Source of the DNA: Patescibacteria group bacterium
GTDB lineage: Bacteria; Patescibacteriota; Patescibacteriia; GWA2-46-9
DNA length: 64,000 nucleotides
NCBI GenBank assembly: GCA_041675205.1
Contig: JBAYUF010000002.1
Coordinates: 1,731 to 65,730, forward strand
Direction of reading: 5' to 3'
Every line of letters starts with the position of its first letter. Position 1 is the stretch's first letter. Positions 1-8,799 of this stretch are shown in pieces. The position numbers were made by a program, and so were the translations under genes. The notes below the pieces were generated by a model. It saw only the letters and a list, made by a program, of their open reading frames with translations. It had not been told where the DNA came from and did no database searches.

Positions 1-237
1 ACGGGCTTCAGCCTCAGCAATAAATTCATCCGAGACAACCACCTTTACATCAAAGACATGAGTTAACGCTGTTTCTAAATCAAATTCCACCTTAATGTTC
101 TGATTTTTTTCGCCAAAATCTTTTCGATACGCAGCGGCGAGTGCTGCTTCAATAGTGCCAACAATTGATTCGACGGTTAGTCCTTTCTCTTCGGCGATTT
201 GTTGAACAGCGGCCTTAATTGGCGACTCACCCGACAT
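1..237 (-). CDS. nusA: transcription termination/antitermination factor NusA, N-terminal part (gene continues past the window start)
   Basis: Minus-strand translation from ATG at 235-237 gives MSGESPIKAAVQQIAEEKGLTVESIVGTIEAALAAAYRKDFGEKNQNIKVEFDLETALTHVFDVKVVVSDEF... This matches the conserved NusA N-terminal domain pattern (EKGI..E.I.EAIEAAL.SAYK..F ... V.VD...G.I.VF). Not in the ORF track because it is truncated by the window edge. Confidence 0.65.
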   Translation of the reverse strand, partial: MSGESPIKAAVQQIAEEKGLTVESIVGTIEAALAAAYRKDFGEKNQNIKVEFDLETALTHVFDVKVVVSDEFIAEAEAR

Positions 238-326
238 GTTTGTAATAGTTAGTTGATGCCTGAAGCATCAGTAGGAATAAAAAAACTCATTCTTCCTAGA
301 ATGAGCACTTAGTAATAATAGCCTAG

Positions 327-704
327 TTAGGGCAAAAAAGCAAGATTTGAGCCGCCGATGGCTTCATAGTGGCGCAGTATTGGCTTCTTGTCGTCAAACC
401 CAAAAACAATCGCAATCGCGTCAATACGGCAATTCGTTACAGCGTTTTGCCGAGCGTATTGGGCAAGTGCGATAGCCAAACGACGCACCTTGGCTTTTGT
501 AATAGCTTCTTCGGGTGAGCCAAAGGCATCACCTCGTCGGGTTTTCACTTCAACAAAGGCAACCGTGCCCCCTCGTGCTGCAATTATGTCTACTTCCAGT
601 TGTTTGAATCGCGCGTTTTGAGCCAATACTTTCCAACCACTATGCTCTAGGTATTGCACCGCATACTGCTCACCAAGTCGGCCGAGCTCGCTGCGGACAT
701 TCAT
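327..704 (-). CDS. YraN-family (UPF0102) predicted endonuclease
   Basis: 125 aa. LGEQYAVQYLEHSGWKVLAQNARFKQLEVDIIAARGGTVAFVEVKTRR is the typical YraN/UPF0102 Holliday-junction-resolvase-like motif (G...A..YL...G..IL..N.R...GEIDII....G.L.FVEVK.R). Confidence 0.8.
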   Translation of the reverse strand: MNVRSELGRLGEQYAVQYLEHSGWKVLAQNARFKQLEVDIIAARGGTVAFVEVKTRRGDAFGSPEEAITKAKVRRLAIALAQYARQNAVTNCRIDAIAIVFGFDDKKPILRHYEAIGGSNLAFLP

Positions 705-712
705 ACATTCAG

Positions 713-1114
713 CTATGGAAGATACTGCCGACGACGACGATCTTCAGCTTGCGCTGCAGCCTGTTTTGGCACCACGCGGATTGCTCGGTACAGTAGTCGC
801 ATCGACCAAACAGCAGCGACACACGCGAGAAGGAGCATCCAGTAACGAGCCGAAAACCACGGCACTTGTTCGTATCGCAAGAAAAGAAACAGAAATGCCA
901 AGCCACTTACTGTGTAGCCAAGGATAACCCACCGTCGGGACCATGCACGCCACGCTGGTAAAAGCGTTGTCCGATGAATAAGGACTGAGCCGGCAACGGC
1001 CGCGCAGAGCACAACGCCGGCGAGTACTGCCCAGGCAATAAGACCGTTTCTACTCAACACCCCAGGGAAATTTGTCGTGAGATATGAAACAGAGAAAAAA
1101 TTAGCTATGTTCAT
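713..1114 (-). CDS. hypothetical small membrane protein
   Basis: 133-aa ORF with three or more hydrophobic helices. No recognisable family. Confidence 0.35.
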   Translation of the reverse strand: MNIANFFSVSYLTTNFPGVLSRNGLIAWAVLAGVVLCAAVAGSVLIHRTTLLPAWRAWSRRWVILGYTVSGLAFLFLFLRYEQVPWFSARYWMLLLACVAAVWSMRLLYRAIRVVPKQAAAQAEDRRRRQYLP

Positions 1115-1162
1115 AGTGTTGCCGAGTATACCAGGTAGCGGTCACACCGTGAAGACCCTCGA

Positions 1163-1765
1163 TTAGGTGAGAAATTTTTTACAAAATGACTGCCGATGAA
1201 TCTTTGTCAGCCCATGCATTCGAATAGCTTTTTCATGCGCGGCAGTGCCATACCCAACGTGCGACTCAAAGCCATACTGCGGATGTGTGGCGGCCAGCGT
1301 AAACATTAGTTTGTCACGATATACTTTCGCCAGTATCGACGCAGCTGCAATCGAACGTATCACGATGTCCCCATGTAGTACCCCTTCAACAGGGCAGCGA
1401 TAATCTGTAATTGAAAAATAATCTGCCAGAACATAGTCAGGGCGTGGACGCAGGGCATCAAGTGCCAACCTGAAGGCCAGCTCGTTTGCGCTAGCAACGC
1501 CAAGCCGATCAACAGCTGCTGGAGGTACCTGTCCATAACCGATACTCTCTGCAACAGCTAAAATTCTTTTTGCGAATTGTTCACGCTGCAATCGAGTGAG
1601 TGCTTTTGAATCTTTAAGATTTGGCAAACGCGCCCCCACTCGAAGCACTACGGCTGCTGCTACGAGTGGACCAGCCAACGCTCCCCGCCCTACCTCGTCG
1701 ACACCAGCAACAAGCGGGTACCCTTGCCCGCGCCGACGCGACTCGAGTGGTCGAAACGTAAAAAT
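1163..1765 (-). CDS. rnhB: ribonuclease HII
   Basis: The track ORF 1163..1678 starts at TTG, but the in-frame upstream extension encodes IFTFRPLESRRRGQGYPLVAGVDEVGRGALAGPLVAAAVVL, which carries the catalytic GxDEVGRG motif of RNase HII. Downstream are DSKALT...REQ and the rest of the family pattern. The only in-frame candidate start before the upstream TAG (1766-1768) is ATT at 1763-1765, so the start is non-canonical or unresolved. Confidence 0.75.
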   Translation of the reverse strand: MFTFRPLESRRRGQGYPLVAGVDEVGRGALAGPLVAAAVVLRVGARLPNLKDSKALTRLQREQFAKRILAVAESIGYGQVPPAAVDRLGVASANELAFRLALDALRPRPDYVLADYFSITDYRCPVEGVLHGDIVIRSIAAASILAKVYRDKLMFTLAATHPQYGFESHVGYGTAAHEKAIRMHGLTKIHRQSFCKKFLT

Positions 1766-1769
1766 CTAT

Positions 1770-2096
1770 TTAGCTAGCAAGAGCGTTCAATTTTTGTCGG
1801 AGAACTTCCTCTGGTTGCACGCCAACAAGCTGTTCCACCACCTTACCGCCCTTAAAAAAAAGTAGCGTGGGGATACTGAGAATACCAAAGCCACCAGCCG
1901 TCGCTTGGTTTTCGTCTACGTTCATTTTGGCAATCTTTATCGGTTTCCCCGCAAATTCCACTGCCAATTTTTCTACAATTGGGCCAAGCACTCTGCATGG
2001 TCCACACCAGGGCGCCCAAAAATCAACTAACACCGGCACGTCCGATTTCAAAACCTCAGCGTCAAAATTTTGATCTGTCACGATAACTTCAGCCAT
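1770..2096 (-). CDS. trxA: thioredoxin
   Basis: 108 aa with the WCGPC active site in FWAPWCGPCRVLGPIVEKLA, and typical thioredoxin length. Confidence 0.9.
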   Translation of the reverse strand: MAEVIVTDQNFDAEVLKSDVPVLVDFWAPWCGPCRVLGPIVEKLAVEFAGKPIKIAKMNVDENQATAGGFGILSIPTLLFFKGGKVVEQLVGVQPEEVLRQKLNALAS

Positions 2097-2123
2097 ATAG
2101 TTTGCGTAAAATAATTAACTACA

Positions 2124-2456
2124 TTAATAGAGTCGACCACCAACAGGCACGGCTTCGTCTGGCGTAATGAGCACACATTGTCCTTGTTCGTCTGGTACGC
2201 CGAGCGTTAACGATTCTGAAATAAACGGGCCAATCTGCCTAGGAGGAAAGTTTACCACACCAAGCACCAGCTTACCGAGTAGCTGCTCTTTTGTGTAGTG
2301 CGTTACAAGCTGAGCGCTGGACCGTTTAGTCCCAATCTCAGAACCAAAGTCAATTGTTAGTTTATACGCCGGTTTTCTCGCCTCAGGAAAATCTTCTACT
2401 GCTGTAATGCGGCCGACTCGAACATCGAGCTCAGTAAATGCTTCGAAACTAGTCAT
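2124..2456 (-). CDS. tRNA-binding (EMAP/Myf-type OB-fold) domain protein, CsaA/YgjH-like
   Basis: FEAFTELDVRVGRITAVEDFPEARKPAYKLTIDFGSEIGTKRSSAQLV...GKLVLGVVNFPPRQIG matches the tRNA-binding domain found in CsaA/Trbp111/MetG C-termini. The start was chosen at internal MTSFEAF (2456). The track ORF extends to 2492 and overlaps the Nudix gene. Confidence 0.7.
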   Translation of the reverse strand: MTSFEAFTELDVRVGRITAVEDFPEARKPAYKLTIDFGSEIGTKRSSAQLVTHYTKEQLLGKLVLGVVNFPPRQIGPFISESLTLGVPDEQGQCVLITPDEAVPVGGRLY

Positions 2457-2904
2457 ATTCACCTCGTGCAATTTTTTTAAACTCCTCTTCATATCGCTTC
2501 ACAATAGTCGCAAACCCCGTATGCAGTGGGCTGGGTAACGCATCGAGGGTGAACCAACCCAACTCATCAATTTTATCTGGCTCATTAATGCGAACCTCGC
2601 TCGGATCCACCAAAATAAAAAACGGAATTGCCACCCAGTGTGTTGGTTGTCCGTTGTGCTCACGAAAAATATCCAGTGCCGGCAACCGTCCTTGAATAAC
2701 ACCGTTGACTCCGAGCTCTTCGTAAATTTCACGCAACACATTGTCTTCCATTGAAACACCAAAATCTAATTTTCCCCCACCACCGTCCCATCGACCTTGT
2801 TCATCACGACACGCTGCACCACGACGATGTAAAAGAAAATTTCCTTTACCATCGTGACAGCAAAAGGAAGTTGTTACGCCAACGTAATCTTTACCAACGA
2901 CCAT
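2449..2904 (-). CDS. NUDIX hydrolase
   Basis: Nudix box GGGGKLDFGVSMEDNVLREIYEELGV (G-x5-[E/V]-x7-REIYEELGV). Confidence 0.75.
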   Translation of the reverse strand: MVVGKDYVGVTTSFCCHDGKGNFLLHRRGAACRDEQGRWDGGGGKLDFGVSMEDNVLREIYEELGVNGVIQGRLPALDIFREHNGQPTHWVAIPFFILVDPSEVRINEPDKIDELGWFTLDALPSPLHTGFATIVKRYEEEFKKIARGEYD

Positions 2905-2911
2905 ATATCAA

Positions 2912-3238
2912 CTATCGCCACTGCGTAGCCATCACAAGGGCAATGCCGCAAATAAATACAGCCAGCCAGCCCAATGTTGCACCAAGAACGATGATTGCAG
3001 TCCTGCGACTACCGCTGAAATAAAGTGCCGCCGGTAATCCAAGCACCAGAAGCGCACTGACTGTGGCAGAAAGAACAAACAGCAAAAGCATGAACACCGG
3101 TATTAAGAAACTATCCACTGATCCAAATAATTGTTCCCCATTAGAGAGAAGCAATGCAACAAGACTTACGTACAGCGCAAGACTGAAGGCGTGTAAAAAA
3201 CTTCTGAAAATAATGTGAGATGTTTTCATAAAAAACAA
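2912..3238 (-). CDS. hypothetical membrane protein
   Basis: 108 aa with three predicted TM helices. No family match recognised. Confidence 0.35.
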   Translation of the reverse strand: MFFMKTSHIIFRSFLHAFSLALYVSLVALLLSNGEQLFGSVDSFLIPVFMLLLFVLSATVSALLVLGLPAALYFSGSRRTAIIVLGATLGWLAVFICGIALVMATQWR

Positions 3239-3410
3239 AAAAATCTAAAAACTGCTGACGTGCATACTGCACTTTAAAAAACTGATGTTGCTTGCCCAGC
3301 CTGCTTGCGGGATAATTACTACCTGCGCATTTCAACTCAGCGGAATATATTTTCTGTAGCTGGATTACTGACGGACTACATAATCGGCTACCTTGAAGCA
3401 AAAATTACTC

Positions 3411-3483
<73 letters not shown>

Positions 3484-3665
3484 AAGTTTCTGAATGATAG
3501 TACAAAGAGTAGATCTACGTAAGTCTTGCCGGTCACAGTCTTCAGACTCGGCAAACCGAAGCTCCATACTTACTATAGTATATACTTGTAAATATAGCAA
3601 TTATTGTTTATAATACTATTTAATATTGACAATTTAACTAATTTATATTATAAAATATATCCGCT

Positions 3666-3685
3666 TGTGTTCCACGTGGAACACA
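3666..3685. promoter_or_regulatory. 20-bp perfect palindrome TGTGTTCCACGTGGAACACA, ~38 bp upstream of the ABC exporter start (candidate operator)
   Basis: Read directly from the sequence. It sits in an AT-rich promoter region between the tRNA and 3723. The core GTTCCACGTG(A/G)AAC recurs at 7458-7472. Confidence 0.45.
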
Positions 3686-3722
3686 GTAACAATGCATGGG
3701 TACTTAACGTCTTACTTACTGT

Positions 3723-5486
3723 ATGTTATTCGAAAATAGACCCACAAATTGGCGAATACTCTCTGTATTTTTAAATGCAGCCCTGAAATACAAACGGGCC
3801 TTTTTCATTGCGTTTATTGGTGTATTGTTAGCGAGAATCACTGGTTTAACGGCCCCCATTTTCTACAAAAGATTTTTCGATACTCTAGCAACCGTTGATT
3901 TTGCTCTTGTCCCCGCCCTACAAGCCATATTGTTAACAATATTGGGAATTTATCTATTTGAAAACTTACTGAGAAGGATTGCTATATTTGCTGCCATATA
4001 CTTTCAATCCCGAACAATGTCAGATCTCTGGCAATCGGCAGAAGCGTACCTCATGGGGCATTCCTATCACTTTTTTTCGGACAACTTCTCTGGTTCTTTG
4101 GTTCGAAAAGTGACAAAGATGCCCCGTTCCTTTGAGACAATATCTGATGATTTTCTGTTCAATATTATTCCACTCGGCGTTTCCGTGACGTTTATCAGCG
4201 CTGTTCTATTTTCACGAGATTATAGACTAGGAATAGCGATGTTCCTTTGGGTAGTGATTTTTCTATCTATCAACATTGGCCTCGCAAAATGGAAACAGCA
4301 ATATGATATACGAAAAGCTGAGCTTGATTCAAAACTGACCGGTTTTCTGTCTGATATTGTTTCAAATAGTCTAAATGTACAACTTTACACAGCAAACAAG
4401 CATGAAAATGAAGGTTTCAATGCAATTTCACAAACACACGAAAGGGCCAGACGTTTCACGTGGAACATTGATGCTGGAATCGACTCAATACAAACACTGC
4501 TCACCGTCGGCATTGAAATTGCTCTCATGTTCACTGCGGTTAATCTATGGAAACAGCAAATAATTACTATCGGTGATTTCGCGCTGATTCAAGCATACTT
4601 GATTACTGTGGTACTTCAGATTTGGGATTTTGGAAGAGTATTGCGCAGACAATTCGAAGCCTTAGCCGATGCTTCTGAGGTTATCCAGATTTTAGACACA
4701 CCACACGAAATCCATGACGTGATAACTGCAAAGCCACTAAAGCCAGCCGGGGGCGAAATCGACTTTCGGAATGTAAGTTTCAGCTTTAACAAAACAAGAA
4801 CCGTTCTCAAACAGTTTTCGCTTTTAGTGAAAGCAGGTGAGCGTATTGCCCTCGTTGGTCCGTCGGGTGCAGGAAAATCTACAATCACGAAGTTGCTCTT
4901 CAGGCTTTACGATGTTGACCATGGTCGTATCTTAATTGATGGCCAAAATATTGCCGAGATAACACTCGAGAGCTTGCGCGATGCTGTGGCGCTCGTACCA
5001 CAGGACCCGATTCTATTCCACAGAACACTGCTTGAAAATATTCGATACGGAAGTCGGAATGCATCAGACGAAGATGTCATGGAAGCAGCGCGACAAGCCA
5101 ACTGCCACGACTTCATTATGGATCTACCTGAAGCGTATAGCACCTTTGTTGGTGAACGTGGGGTGCGGCTGTCTGGTGGAGAACGGCAGCGTGTTGCAAT
5201 CGCGAGAGCAATTCTTAAAAACGCACCAATTCTTGTTCTGGACGAAGCGACTTCCTCGCTTGATTCAGAGTCTGAACTGCTGATTCAAGACGCACTAAAA
5301 AAGCTGATGCACGACCGAACGACCATTGTTATCGCGCATCGACTTTCAACCATCATGGAAATGGACAGAATTATTGTCATTGAGGAAGGTGGTATTAGTG
5401 AGGCTGGAACACACACTGAACTTCTCGAACGCGACGGGACATACAAACGACTTTGGGAAATTCAGGCTGGTGGGTTTATTACCTAA
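3723..5486 (+). CDS. ABC transporter, fused permease/ATP-binding exporter (MsbA/ABCB-type)
   Basis: 587 aa. The N-terminus has six TM helices. The C-terminal NBD has Walker A GPSGAGKST, signature LSGGERQRVAIARAIL, Walker B ILVLDEATSSLD and an H-loop. Confidence 0.9.
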   Translation: MLFENRPTNWRILSVFLNAALKYKRAFFIAFIGVLLARITGLTAPIFYKRFFDTLATVDFALVPALQAILLTILGIYLFENLLRRIAIFAAIYFQSRTMSDLWQSAEAYLMGHSYHFFSDNFSGSLVRKVTKMPRSFETISDDFLFNIIPLGVSVTFISAVLFSRDYRLGIAMFLWVVIFLSINIGLAKWKQQYDIRKAELDSKLTGFLSDIVSNSLNVQLYTANKHENEGFNAISQTHERARRFTWNIDAGIDSIQTLLTVGIEIALMFTAVNLWKQQIITIGDFALIQAYLITVVLQIWDFGRVLRRQFEALADASEVIQILDTPHEIHDVITAKPLKPAGGEIDFRNVSFSFNKTRTVLKQFSLLVKAGERIALVGPSGAGKSTITKLLFRLYDVDHGRILIDGQNIAEITLESLRDAVALVPQDPILFHRTLLENIRYGSRNASDEDVMEAARQANCHDFIMDLPEAYSTFVGERGVRLSGGERQRVAIARAILKNAPILVLDEATSSLDSESELLIQDALKKLMHDRTTIVIAHRLSTIMEMDRIIVIEEGGISEAGTHTELLERDGTYKRLWEIQAGGFIT

Positions 5487-5671
5487 GGCACAGTGCGTGT
5501 TGAAAAAATCGAATATACCTCTTGCCGTATCGTGTTTCAATGTACTAGTACGCTGAAACATAAAGTGTCACTTCGTTTTGCACTCTTTGCACTCTCTCGA
5601 ACCCAAATACTTTTAGGTTGACAGTCCTCGTGACTAGTGATTGTCTGTAGTAGTTTGAACATCGAAAACAG

Positions 5672-6148
5672 ATGCCCGCAATGCGGTGCGTCAGGGAGGC
5701 GACAATGACCGAACTGTTGCTACTGGCCACAATTTTCCTGGTTTCATACCTCGTTTTTCGTGCAGTCGCGCCCCGTTGGGCAGCGTGGGTGAAAAGCCAC
5801 AAGACTCGCATGAGAAAGGAGGTCGTGACCTGGGCGATGTCCACCTACGGCTGGGATCGCACCAGAGCTCGGAACTGGGTGAACGCGAAGTTCACCTTCT
5901 ACACCGACGGCGCCGAGTGCCAAGGTGGACTGAACCTCCGCAACAAGAAGACAGTTCACCACCTACCGAGATGCCTGGTACGGATTATCGGGAACCTCGA
6001 CATTCGAGGCACCGGCGTCAAGCACCCCCCGAAGGTGGCTGTTCTCGGCCGGCTTCGAGCAGACGGCGCCCTTCGGGTCGCCGGCAATTCCTCTCACCTG
6101 TGGAGGGGGAGGCGTTGCCGGACCCATCGACGGGTTGGACGAAGATGA
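5672..6148 (+). CDS. hypothetical protein in a GC-rich islet (N-terminal TM helix; frame and extent uncertain)
   Basis: GC- and GC3-rich ORF, unlike the flanking DNA. The N-terminal hydrophobic helix is MTELLLLATIFLVSYLVF. The C-terminal ~25 aa are Arg-rich and may come from a frame error. An alternative frame (5686..6198) is low-complexity. Confidence 0.3.
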   Translation: MPAMRCVREATMTELLLLATIFLVSYLVFRAVAPRWAAWVKSHKTRMRKEVVTWAMSTYGWDRTRARNWVNAKFTFYTDGAECQGGLNLRNKKTVHHLPRCLVRIIGNLDIRGTGVKHPPKVAVLGRLRADGALRVAGNSSHLWRGRRCRTHRRVGRR

Positions 6149-6151
6149 ACA

Positions 6152-6183
6152 GAGGCCCGGTGCGTATCGTCGCGCCGGGCCTC
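6152..6183. terminator. GC-rich hairpin between convergent genes (possible bidirectional terminator)
   Basis: GAGGCCCGGTGCG...CGCGCCGGGCCTC inverted repeat, between the end of the 5672 ORF and the end of the 6204..7358 minus-strand gene. Confidence 0.4.
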
Positions 6184-6203
6184 TCTCAAAACTGCTAGGC
6201 AGG

Positions 6204-7358
6204 TTATGTTAACTGGTGGAATAATTCATACCCGGCACTAAAAACAAAAAGCACAACCAGCACACTGGCGGCGATACGGTTCATTGGCAAAAAACGAAAA
6301 CGAGAAATTCCTAATCCGCGAATCTTTTGCAACATGAGAACAATGAAGATGCCATCAATGGCAATCGAGATACCTCCCAAAAATGCGATGAGACTAACAA
6401 AATTGTTTGCGCCAAAAAGAAACGGAACAACCGGTAAGGCTACCGCGAGGAACCAAGAAGCGGTCGGTGAAATTTTAAAATCAAACTCATAGATTTCTTT
6501 GAGGTCGTACCCAAGTGAAAGATACGATTTAAAAACAGCTACGAAACCAAGCGCTGCTCCGAATTGAACGACGGACGGACCAAGCACTGCCACCAAACCA
6601 CTTAGGGCATCAGTAGTAACAGCCCCGCCTGATGCCATTAACACACCCGCAACAAAAATAGCAGTGGTGATTAATGGCAGCACCACACCGGCAACTATGA
6701 GTAACCGTAACCGTCGACAATCATCAACCGTCCCACGAAAAAATTGATACGCGTCTGCGATGACGACGTACCCGGAAAGTGAAAAAAGAAACACCGCAAA
6801 AGCAAACAGTGGATCATTGCCAATCGCAGGGAGTTGAGCAATGTCGCCCCGCACTATGCCCGCTAACCCGATGCCAACAAACGAGGTCATGAGCGGCAGC
6901 GCCAACATGAAATTGATTTCGCTAATTTGTCGGGCACGACCAAGAAGGAGCAAGGCGCCGACAACAAAAAATGTAATTGACCAATACGTTGCTGCACCAC
7001 CAAAAATTTTACTTAGAAATATGCCGCCCAGAAGCACATAGCCAAGCAGCACGCCACTGACGAAGATGACTTCGTTTACTGCGGCTATCCACCCGGGTAC
7101 AGATCCAAGATAACGCCGCACATAACCTGGCAAACGGTGCTGTTCAATTGTGCTCGCCACAACTTCACCATAACTGAGGTGTATTGCCAGCACGGCCGCT
7201 GCCGCCAGCACAGCGAGGAGAGTAGACCATCCTACACCTGAGATAGTCACCGCGTAAGGTACGGCAAAAATACCTGCACCTATAGTAAGACCCGCAATCA
7301 TACCTGCGGCTGAGAAAAATGGAGGAGCAAAAAGTGTTGTGCGCATGTGATTAATCAA
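6204..7358 (-). CDS. amino acid permease (aromatic/hydroxy amino acid transporter-like, HAAAP/APC-fold)
   Basis: 384 aa with ~11 TM helices. The N-terminal GxG(I/L)F.VP motif (GAGIFAVPYAV) is typical of TyrP/Mtr/TnaB-type permeases. Confidence 0.6.
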   Translation of the reverse strand: MINHMRTTLFAPPFFSAAGMIAGLTIGAGIFAVPYAVTISGVGWSTLLAVLAAAAVLAIHLSYGEVVASTIEQHRLPGYVRRYLGSVPGWIAAVNEVIFVSGVLLGYVLLGGIFLSKIFGGAATYWSITFFVVGALLLLGRARQISEINFMLALPLMTSFVGIGLAGIVRGDIAQLPAIGNDPLFAFAVFLFSLSGYVVIADAYQFFRGTVDDCRRLRLLIVAGVVLPLITTAIFVAGVLMASGGAVTTDALSGLVAVLGPSVVQFGAALGFVAVFKSYLSLGYDLKEIYEFDFKISPTASWFLAVALPVVPFLFGANNFVSLIAFLGGISIAIDGIFIVLMLQKIRGLGISRFRFLPMNRIAASVLVVLFVFSAGYELFHQLT

Positions 7359-7528
7359 GCTGACTGATGTATCAGCGATACACTGACTCTACCAAGAATA
7401 GCACCACCGGTGGTGCTGTCGAGAGAATTATTCTGCCTCTGTGTTCTTTGTAGTAATTGGTTCCACGTGAAACGTACGTATCGTCGTCTGAACATGCCGT
7501 TCACATACTGCTGACCTTACGTTACCGC

Positions 7529-8644
7529 TTATTCTACCGGAATAAATTTACCGCCTTTAGCTCTTACAACGTCATAATTACCAACTACGTCACCATGTTC
7601 GTCGAAATCAATATGTCCTGACGCACCTTCAAATGTTACCTCGCGAAGCACCTTGGCAATTGCGTCGCCACTTCGAGCACCCTTCAGTATGGCAAGATTT
7701 AACGCTCGCATTGCGTCATATCCCTGCGCGGCGAATGGTCCAGGTTCTGCACCGTTGTATTCGGCTTTATGACGTTCAATAAACCCACTCGTTCCAGCAC
7801 TGACCGAGGTGACAATTAACCCTTCGGCAGCAATGCCGGCGCCAATTAAAATGTCATCACTTTTCAACCCTTCAGATCCATAGAGTGGTACGGTCACCCC
7901 AAGTTCACGCAGTTGCTTTAGCGTGGCGACGGCCGTCTCTGGATTATTCACGACAATGTAAACGGCATCTGGCTCAGCACTTTTAACTGCTTCTATTTGA
8001 ACTCGCACATCAACATCGTCTCGACCAAACGTTTCCGTCGCCACTACCGCACCACCCCGCTCTGAGAATTGTTTGGTTAACACATCTTTAAAACCAAGCC
8101 CGTACTCTTCGTTGCTGTAGAGAACAGCCAACTTTCGGAATCCATTGTCGTACACCAAATTTGCGCCGAATAATCCTTGTGATGCGTCAGACGGTACCGT
8201 GCGGAAAAAAAATGTACCAGCCTCGCTCAGCCGAGGACTAGTTGACGCTGGGCTAATCATGACGACGCCATTCTGATTGGCAACTGGTGCAGCGGCTAAT
8301 GTAGCGCCTGAGCAAACTTCACCAACAATGGCACTCACACCATCAACTGAAATAAGTTTGTTCACCGCATTCACCGTGTCGCGACCTTCACACTTCGTAT
8401 CTTCAAAAACAATCTCAATGGTTCCTGGGTTCAACTCACGTGACGCCATCTCTACGCCTCGACGAATACTTTCGCCGTAACTGGCAGCGCCACCCGAGAG
8501 CGGCCCCACCCACCCAATTTTTATTGGTCCAGCGAGCACCTCGTTCTCAGAGCGTTGCTGATATAACGTGTACCCAGCAAAACCAAGAAGTGCCAGAACG
8601 AGAAAACCGGAAAGTATTTGCAGTGATTTATTCATAACGTACAA
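7529..8644 (-). CDS. ABC transporter substrate-binding protein, branched-chain amino acid (LivJ/LivK, PBP family 6)-like
   Basis: 371 aa with a signal anchor, followed by IKIGWVGPLSGGAASYGESIRRGVEMA...AIVGEVCSGATLAAAPVANQNGVVMISPASTSP...FFRTVPSD, the characteristic Leu/Ile/Val-binding-protein pattern. The start could be MNKSL, 9 nt in. Confidence 0.8.
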   Translation of the reverse strand: MYVMNKSLQILSGFLVLALLGFAGYTLYQQRSENEVLAGPIKIGWVGPLSGGAASYGESIRRGVEMASRELNPGTIEIVFEDTKCEGRDTVNAVNKLISVDGVSAIVGEVCSGATLAAAPVANQNGVVMISPASTSPRLSEAGTFFFRTVPSDASQGLFGANLVYDNGFRKLAVLYSNEEYGLGFKDVLTKQFSERGGAVVATETFGRDDVDVRVQIEAVKSAEPDAVYIVVNNPETAVATLKQLRELGVTVPLYGSEGLKSDDILIGAGIAAEGLIVTSVSAGTSGFIERHKAEYNGAEPGPFAAQGYDAMRALNLAILKGARSGDAIAKVLREVTFEGASGHIDFDEHGDVVGNYDVVRAKGGKFIPVE

Positions 8645-8799
8645 AGTGATTAAAGACTACCTTACCGTAAGGGTACCCAGCAAAAACTTCTCTGACAAGC
8701 AGTTCGCCTTCTCTTGACCGCGCCACTCGAAACAAGTAAAAAGGCTGAGCTTGATAAAGCTACGACCTTCACAACTAGCACCCGCTGAAAGCGGAAAGG

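Noticed and set aside
5686-6198. 170-aa ORF in an alternative frame of the GC-rich islet
   Set aside because: Low-complexity Arg/Pro/Gly-rich translation typical of an out-of-frame reading of high-GC DNA. The 5672 frame, with its TM helix, is preferred but is itself uncertain.
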